The translations under genes were made by a program, and so were the position numbers. The notes under the pieces are model-generated. The model worked only from the letters and a program-made list of their open reading frames with translations. It did no database searches and was not told the origin of the DNA. A DNA stretch of 63,844 nucleotides, counting the filler, from Vannella sp. (Eukaryota), in the NCBI GenBank assembly GCA_023345925.1. It is 6 parts of 6 records of this genome, joined end to end, with 100 filler letters (N's around TTAATTAATTAA, not from the genome) between each part and the next. Parts side by side here need not be neighbours in the genome. Positions count along the whole stretch, not along the records: positions 34,309 to 60,304 come from JAJQQN010001022.1; positions 60,405 to 63,844 come from JAJQQN010000963.1; 4 more parts are not named here. One strand, written 5' to 3'. Positions 57,901 to 63,844 of this stretch are shown one piece after another. Each line of letters begins with the position of its first letter. Position 1 is the stretch's first letter.

Positions 57901-59967
57901 GGGGAGTTGCCTTATCTAAACTTGGACGATCAGAAAGTGAATACTCCGAAGCAGAAAAGTACTTTGACGAAGCGGAGCAAAAGTTCCAATGTTCTCTTAA
58001 CCAATCTGAGTTTGATGGGGAGGTTTACTTCAATTGGGGTAATATCAGCTACCACCGTGCTCGAGCTGCTGCTTCTGTTCAGATATTCACAACTGCTTTC
58101 CAACATTTGGCTTTGGCAGGGGAGCGATTCATGGCATCCATTGAGTGCGGTAGTAGCTACACCTTTGATGCTTTGGCAAACTGGGGCAAAGTACTCAATC
58201 TACAAGCAAACCTGACCAAGTCTGACCACCCTAAGAACTATTCTCTGACCGTAGCGGTTGACGTCTATTTGGCCATGCTTCTGTCCTTCATAATGGATGA
58301 AGATAACCCATCGACTCTCTCCCTGAAACCCGTACTTGGACTAGCCAAGAGTAGTGACCTCGGTATCTCCAACCAAGCCATTAATTGCCTTCGCCAGCTG
58401 GTTTCCTCTCATGTTCACGAGGAGGCAGAGCGAGCTTTGCGTATTGCAGAGCGCTCGTTACCTCGTGGAGGCGGCCTCCAGAAGTTTCCTCAGCATCCAT
58501 CCGCCAATCTTTTCTTGCAAAAGATAGAATCGACCAAGGTGACTTCTTTGGGCCGTGCTGGAACGGGAGAATCCATTCCACGTTTGGCAGATTTCCAGCG
58601 CTTATCTGATATCTCAACTTCTGACTCCAGTTGTGCAGTCTCCCTGAAGGGATCCATGACCCTCTTTGTATTGAAAGTCCGACACATTAGCACCCGCAGC
58701 CCGAGAGCATCGCCTACTCTACTGATAGATACTCCTTCCTTGTTTCCACTCAGGACCGAGTCCCGTTTGGGACTTTCAGGCCTTCCAAGACACTTGGGAG
58801 CCTCCAGAGCCCATTCTCACGACGACGATTTCCTCCATGATCGACTCACCAGAGTAATTCAAGGGCGCTTGCCTTTCTTAGCGCGCATCCTTTATAGTTA
58901 CAAGAAGGAGAATAACTACTACTTCATTCAAGAGCATATTCCCGAGGAGCGGTCCCTCTCGAAACTCCGCCAGACTGGATCGTTTAAGACCAAGAAAAAG
59001 GACTTTCTTGTTCGGGCTGTGTCATCAACTCATTCTAATCGCCCGAAGAAGAGAATTATCCGCTCCGCTTCGTGTTTTAAGAAGGCAAATGAGACGTTCA
59101 GTAGATCTGTTCCCGATGAAATGAGAGCCCTGCGTACTTCTCCCAATTCTCCCGAGAGGGAGGATCAAATCTCTCAAATTTATCGTGCAAAGTCATCTGA
59201 CTTCAATTTATCAACTCTCTCTTTGAGGTGCACCCGTGAGGCGCTGTCAGAAGAGATTGCCCGTTTCTATCTGGCCGAGATCATCATCCTTTTTGGTAAC
59301 CTCCATTCCCTTGGATTCATTTATGGTAACTTGACTCCCACAACCGTTCATTTGGATGGAGAGGGCCACGTCTGTTTGACTCTCTTCCACTTCTTGGATG
59401 AGGGCGCCACGCTGAAGAGTGATATCACAACAACTGCCCCGGAGGTGATGGCAGGAGGCCCTTTCCAGAAAGCTTCAGATTGGTGGTCTGTTGGTGTCTT
59501 ATTGCAGGAGTTCTTAACAACAAAAGTATGCCAAATACCTTTCTGCACTCCCTCGACTCACCATGACCTTAGGTATCCACAGAGACAGAGAATCTGAAAA
59601 TGGGGTGCTCAGAGGCAGCCCGCAGTTTACTTGAGGGTTTACAAGATGCTGACCCTTCCACTCGATTGGGATCCTCTGGCGTGCAAGCCATCAAAGATCA
59701 TCCTTTCTTCAATGACTTCAACTGGTCTGAAGCAGAAGCACGGGCTCTCAAGCCGCCCATCACCTTCCAAGTGAGTTGGGAACCAGAGATTCGGTGGGTG
59801 AGCTGAAACTAACCATCTCACAGGAGGAGGGCTCTTCGACCCTGACAGAAGAGGACGATGATATCTTCCGCGCACCCACGATAGTTGCCGAAATGCAGGA
59901 AGCGGACTTCCACCAACATTCGATGGTGACCCCTCCGACCATCCAAGTGGACGAGCCAGAAATCTGA
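54933..59967 (+). CDS. Clu-domain protein with TPR-like repeats and a degenerate AGC-type kinase domain
   Basis: Clu motifs DWNSEFQ, GGIAGGEKY, KAAGHELK, DIEGH.G.D.RFYILD.AR.FPP, LLRPEFV and HRHGINLR. NWG helical repeats follow. Kinase-like tail ARFYLAEII, APEV, DWWSVG and IKDHPFF. Two short 3' introns. Confidence 0.85.
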
Positions 59968-60049
59968 CTTAACCATAAACTGTAAACTTGAAGAGGACAG
60001 TCCAACCAACACTTACCGAGCTTTCTTCCTCACCAACTCGGGAGAGAGA

Positions 60050-60292
60050 GAGTTCGTGGCCCGACTAAACCACGTCCGCTGGCCTCCGTTGAAAGTGATT
60101 CTAAATTCGACTGGCACCGATCATGGATGGATTTTTATATGTTTTTAAGGGGGCTACTTTTCCCTCGTTTGGAGGGATGGTCAAATGAGCCCAAAAAAGT
60201 GGAGGCCTCTAAAAACCCATAAAAAGTCCATTGGTCCCGATCGAATTTAGAGGCACTTTTCAACCAGCGTGGTTTAGTGGGGTCGTGAACTC
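60050..60292. mobile_element. Complete ~243-bp palindromic MITE-like element
   Basis: Imperfect ~100-bp inverted arms: GAGTTC..ACTAAACCACG..TTGAAA..CTAAATTCGA..TTTTTAT on the left and ATAAAAA..TCGAATTTAG..TTTCAA..CGTGGTTTAGT..GAACTC on the right. Non-coding, with related copies elsewhere in the window. Confidence 0.82.
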
Positions 60293-60304
60293 CAACAACC
60301 GTGG

Positions 60305-60404
60305 NNNNNNNNNNNNNNNNNNNNNNNNNNNNNNNNNNNNNNNNNNNNTTAATTAATTAANNNNNNNNNNNNNNNNNNNNNNNNNNNNNNNNNNNNNNNN
60401 NNNN
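60305..60404. other. Artificial contig linker
   Basis: N44-TTAATTAATTAA-N44. Confidence 0.99.
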
Positions 60405-60480
60405 ATAATCTGTCCAATCAGAACCGAGATACCGGAGTTCCAAACTGCGGGGTTGAACACTTCAGACTTGTTTTGCTGCG

Positions 60481-61790
60481 ATGGTGAGCTACACGAGGAG
60501 GGAAGTCGCCCTCCACAACACCGTGGACGATGCGTGGGTCATTGTCGAGGACCGTGTGTACGACATCACCAAATGGGCGTTCAATCATCCGGGTGGCCGA
60601 GTGATTTTGTTCCATCGAGGAGAGGACGCGACTGAACCTGTTCATGCCTTCCACCCAGACATGGATAAGGTAGCAAAGTACCTAAAATCCATCTGTATTG
60701 GCGAGGTCCGCGAGGAAGAAGATAATCCGCTCTCCCCCGCCATTCGAGACTTCCGTCTCCTTCGAAAAGAGCTGGAGAAAGAAGGCGCTTTCAAGCCTTC
60801 TCTCCCCTTCTACCTATCCTACACGGTCCAGATCATCCTTCTTGATCTTCTAGCCTACGCGGCGATGTACTATACGGGCAGTCTTGTGCTCACGGCGTTC
60901 CTCCTAGCCACCGCTCAGATCCAAGCAGGTTGGCAACAACACGACTTTGGCCACTGTGCAGTGTTCAAGTCTGCACGTGTGAATCAGTGGGTTCACTACC
61001 TCTTCATTGGTTTCTTCAAAGGAGCCATGTCTTGGTGGTGGAAGTCACGCCACAACCGACATCACGCCAAGACCAACCTCCTCAAGTTTGATCCTGATAT
61101 GCACACGGAGCCACTCTTCGGCTTCAGTGAGGAGTTGGCCACTGACCCTAAGTGGAAGCCAGCTCGCCGTTATGTGCCCTTCTTGCCCTTCCAGAAGTAC
61201 TACTGGTTCCTGTTCGGCCCTCCAACAGTCACTACTCTCTACTTCCTCGCAGAGATCACCATGTTCATGGCTAAGCGAGGAAAGGCGATGGATATTCTTG
61301 CGGTTTACACCTTCTTCTTGCGCTTTGATCTAGTCTTCACCTCAATCGGACTGTCTTTCTGGCAGATCATCGGTCTGTACTCTCTTATGCGTTTGATCGA
61401 GAGCCATTGGTTCACGTGGGTCACTTCCATGAGCGTAGGTTTGATCTCCTTCTCTTGAACTTGTCTGACATCCCTTAGCACTTGCCCATGCCCAAAGCAG
61501 AGAACACCAGGGAGGATTGGCTGACTGTCCAGCTGCGAGGCACTCAGAACGTGACCGCAGGAACCTTCGAAGACTGGTTCACCGGCTTCCTGAACTACCA
61601 GATTGAGCATCACCTGTTCCCCAACATGCCACGCCACAGCTACCCAATGGTCAAGCCACGAATCCAAGCTCTCTGCCGTAAGCACGGAATCCCCTACAAC
61701 GAGACCACTCTTTGGGGATCTTTCTCTGGAATCGTTGACAAGCTCGGCGAGGTAGCAGACAAGTACACAGCTGCCCTGTCCGCAAAGTAA
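60481..61790 (+). CDS. Front-end (delta-5/6/8-type) fatty acid desaturase with cytochrome b5 domain, 2 exons
   Basis: HPGG, HDFGH, HNRHH and QIEHH boxes. Intron at about 61435-61478. Confidence 0.96.
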
Positions 61791-61829
61791 ACCACCTTGA
61801 CTGTTCACCGTGCCGAAAGCACCTGTTAT

Positions 61830-63679
61830 TCAATGGGGAGTTCGCCGAGGGTTCCGAAGAGCTCGTTCTGTCTCTGGGTCGTCCTGCAGGGACTGTGACT
61901 CATAGCCTGACAGCTTGCGTGTCTTCACACACTCACTGCGCCCGTACTTCTTCACAAAGGCGGGGAAGATCATGTAGCCACCGCCCACCCTCACCACCGG
62001 CTGGTTGCTTTGGAGGGAGATGTGGATCTTCCGCGTACCAAACTGGTACACTCCCGCTGTGATACGTTTGAAGTTGGGAGGAAGCAACTCCAGACCATCT
62101 GCAAGCTTGGAACGAATGACCTTGGCCATGACCATGTCTGTGGTGTCGTTCTGCCCTTCGTGTGAGTTCCCTTTGGACAGTATCTGCAGTATCCTACCTT
62201 CACTGGACGGTACAAGTGCTTGCGTAGTGTAGAAGAGGTTGTAAACTCGTCGTGATCGTCTTCTTCATCAAGAACCAGAGAAATGGTCTGAGGAGTGACA
62301 TTGGGAGCTTCTTGTTCAACCTGTACTGCTCTGGGGGGCGGGCTAAGAAGCTGGGCCTCGAGTTCTTCTCTCTTTCTCCGCTCTTGTTCAAGTTGCTTGA
62401 TCAGCTTCTCTTCTACAGACTCTTCTGGTTCTCTCTCTTCCTCTTCCTCTTCTTCTTCTTCAACCTCCGGCTCTCTCTGCAGCTCTTCCTGGAACCTTTG
62501 CTCCACTGTACCTCTTTGGGTATGTTCTGAGTCTCTGAGGAAGAGAGAAGGGCTGCTATCTTCCAATACCAGGCTCGACCGCAAGGGCGATGGTGCAGGG
62601 GCGGGGGATGAAGGAATGGAGCCAATTGGTGACAGAGGTTGACTTCGCTCTTGTAACAGGTGCATCTGAGTACGCATCAGATCAATCTCCTGCTGGAAGT
62701 GGCGGCGCTCCTCTGAGTAGTGCTGGCCCTGCTGCTGCATTGCTGTATGAGATTGCAGTAAAGCCTTAAGATCCTTGTTCTCCCGCTCAAGAGCCACAAC
62801 TGTTTGCTCAAGCTGCGCCAGGCGCGACGCTTCCCGAAGCATCACCTCCTGGTCGCGTTCCCGTTTGCTGCGGAGCTCACTGACGAGGAGAACACTCTCC
62901 GTTAAGCGTGTGTTGAGAGTGAACACCTCATTGAGGATCTTCTGGTTGCTCTGCTCCAAGGAAGCTTTGACTTTCTGCTCCGCCTTTCTGGTATTGTGCG
63001 CCTCTTCCTTCTCCTGTTGAAGCTCTCGCCGTAAGGATTGTACATCTATCATAATATGTGATGAGTGAGAGGTAGCGACAAGCAGTTGCGACTTACGCTG
63101 GTGGAGTTCGTCCTTGTCGAGGGTCAGTTGCTTGCATCGGCCCTCTGTACGCTCTAGCTCGCTTAGGAGGGTTGGGAACTTCCGCTGGAGATCCGCTAGC
63201 TTTTGATCTTTCTGTAACGAGGCTGTCATCTCCTGTTGGAGGCGTTTCTTCACCTGAAGAAGCTCCGCCTCGAGCTGCTTCGCCTTTCGCTTCGCCTGTG
63301 TAGCTGCTTGGCGCTCTTCATCCAATAACAACTGATAGCGTTGAGTAGTACGATCTTCCTCGAGAGGATCGCGGCGATCTGCTGTGTGGTGACCGTTTTG
63401 AAGGGGAGCGGCTGCTTCTGGAGGTGACATCTCGTTGTGTGAGCGACTGTCTTCATGGGGCTGCTCCGAGTAATGATGTATCTCTCTGATAGTAACCTGA
63501 GGTACGACAGGGGCAGGGAGATGAAGAGAGTGCTGCAATTGGGTGACTTGCCGCAGCCGCTCTTGCAGCTTCCGTGTCCGAGTCTCCAGCTTACTCTCCG
63601 CCTCTCTCAACTCCTCCTCCAACTGTGCTTTGACCTGCAAAGGGTCTTTTGGCCCGACAACCCTCGAGGTGCCCTCCAT
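61830..63679 (-). CDS. Coiled-coil protein with C-terminal GAS2/GAR microtubule-binding domain, 2 exons
   Basis: Long coiled coil. The final exon reads FKRITAGVYQFGTRKIHI.....VVRVGGGY..F..FV.KY. ATG at 63679; the upstream ORF extension falls in the repeat element. Confidence 0.82.
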
Positions 63680-63728
63680 GCAGCGAAGTCCCAAAGAGAA
63701 AAGCCAGTTTCCGACTTTCTCCAAAAAT

Positions 63729-63844
63729 CGACTGGCATCAATGCGACTGATGATTTTATATGTTTTTAAGAGGCCTACTTTTCCAACGTTATGAGAAGAG
63801 CCGAAAAAGTACCTCAACCAAAACATATAAAAAGTTCATTGGTA
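63729..63844. mobile_element. Partial copy (centre and inner arms) of the MITE-like family at the window end
   Basis: CGACTGGCA..ATTTTATATGTTTTTAAG.GG.CTACTTTTCC matches about 60108-60163. The final ~41 nt match the reverse complement of about 11777-11817. Confidence 0.8.

Noticed and set aside
8995..60404. Five identical TTAATTAATTAA palindromes in N runs
   Set aside because: These are synthetic six-frame-stop linkers. ORFs ending in XXX..LIN and any synteny across them are artefacts.
3028..63794. Numerous antisense or nested ORFs of 60-200 aa in the track (e.g. 3028-3648, 30208-30819, 55198-55782)
   Set aside because: They are shadows of real genes on other frames or strands, with no motifs of their own.
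1..63844. Alternative genetic code suggested by fragmented ORFs
   Set aside because: The breaks are explained by short introns. TAA, TAG and TGA all end conserved genes, and long intronless genes (REV3, NDC80) read normally.
1..63844. tRNA or rRNA genes
   Set aside because: None recognised by eye. tRNAscan-SE and Infernal would be needed to exclude small RNAs.

Overview
This is eukaryotic nuclear DNA from a very gene-dense protist, possibly an amoebozoan (inferred from gene content: Clu-domain, Roco, LISK-type kinase and FtsX-type permease genes). The window is six contigs joined by artificial 100-nt linkers (N44-TTAATTAATTAA-N44): 1-8994, 9095-12853, 12954-26187, 26288-34208, 34309-60304 and 60405-63844. 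Neighbourhoods across linkers are therefore not real. About 28 protein genes can be reconstructed, many split by short (~45-70 nt) spliceosomal introns, so the ORF track is fragmentary. Recognisable genes include V-ATPase subunit a, NDC80, TEL2, NTM1, NOP14, p31comet, REV3, UBOX5-like, STK19, MscS, site-1 protease, an ERdj4-like DnaJ, an ACL5-type aminopropyltransferase and a front-end desaturase. The main signals beyond routine annotation are: (1) a dispersed ~240-bp palindromic MITE-like family found on three contigs; (2) an oriented CATTTCC(CCT) motif at gene starts, locally expanded into tandem arrays and hairpins; (3) introns with purine-rich 3' ends and an apparently constrained branch-point-to-AG spacing, including GAG acceptors and a GC-AG intron; (4) a small unannotated membrane-protein ORF with an in-frame TGA, near a bistable hairpin; (5) unusual domain fusions (LIMK/TESK-like kinase + ADF-H, ankyrin-Roc, ankyrin-LRR-CaaX, Clu-TPR-pseudokinase, DENN-GRAM-DUF547). 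All protein identities come from motif recognition by eye; no database searches were run.
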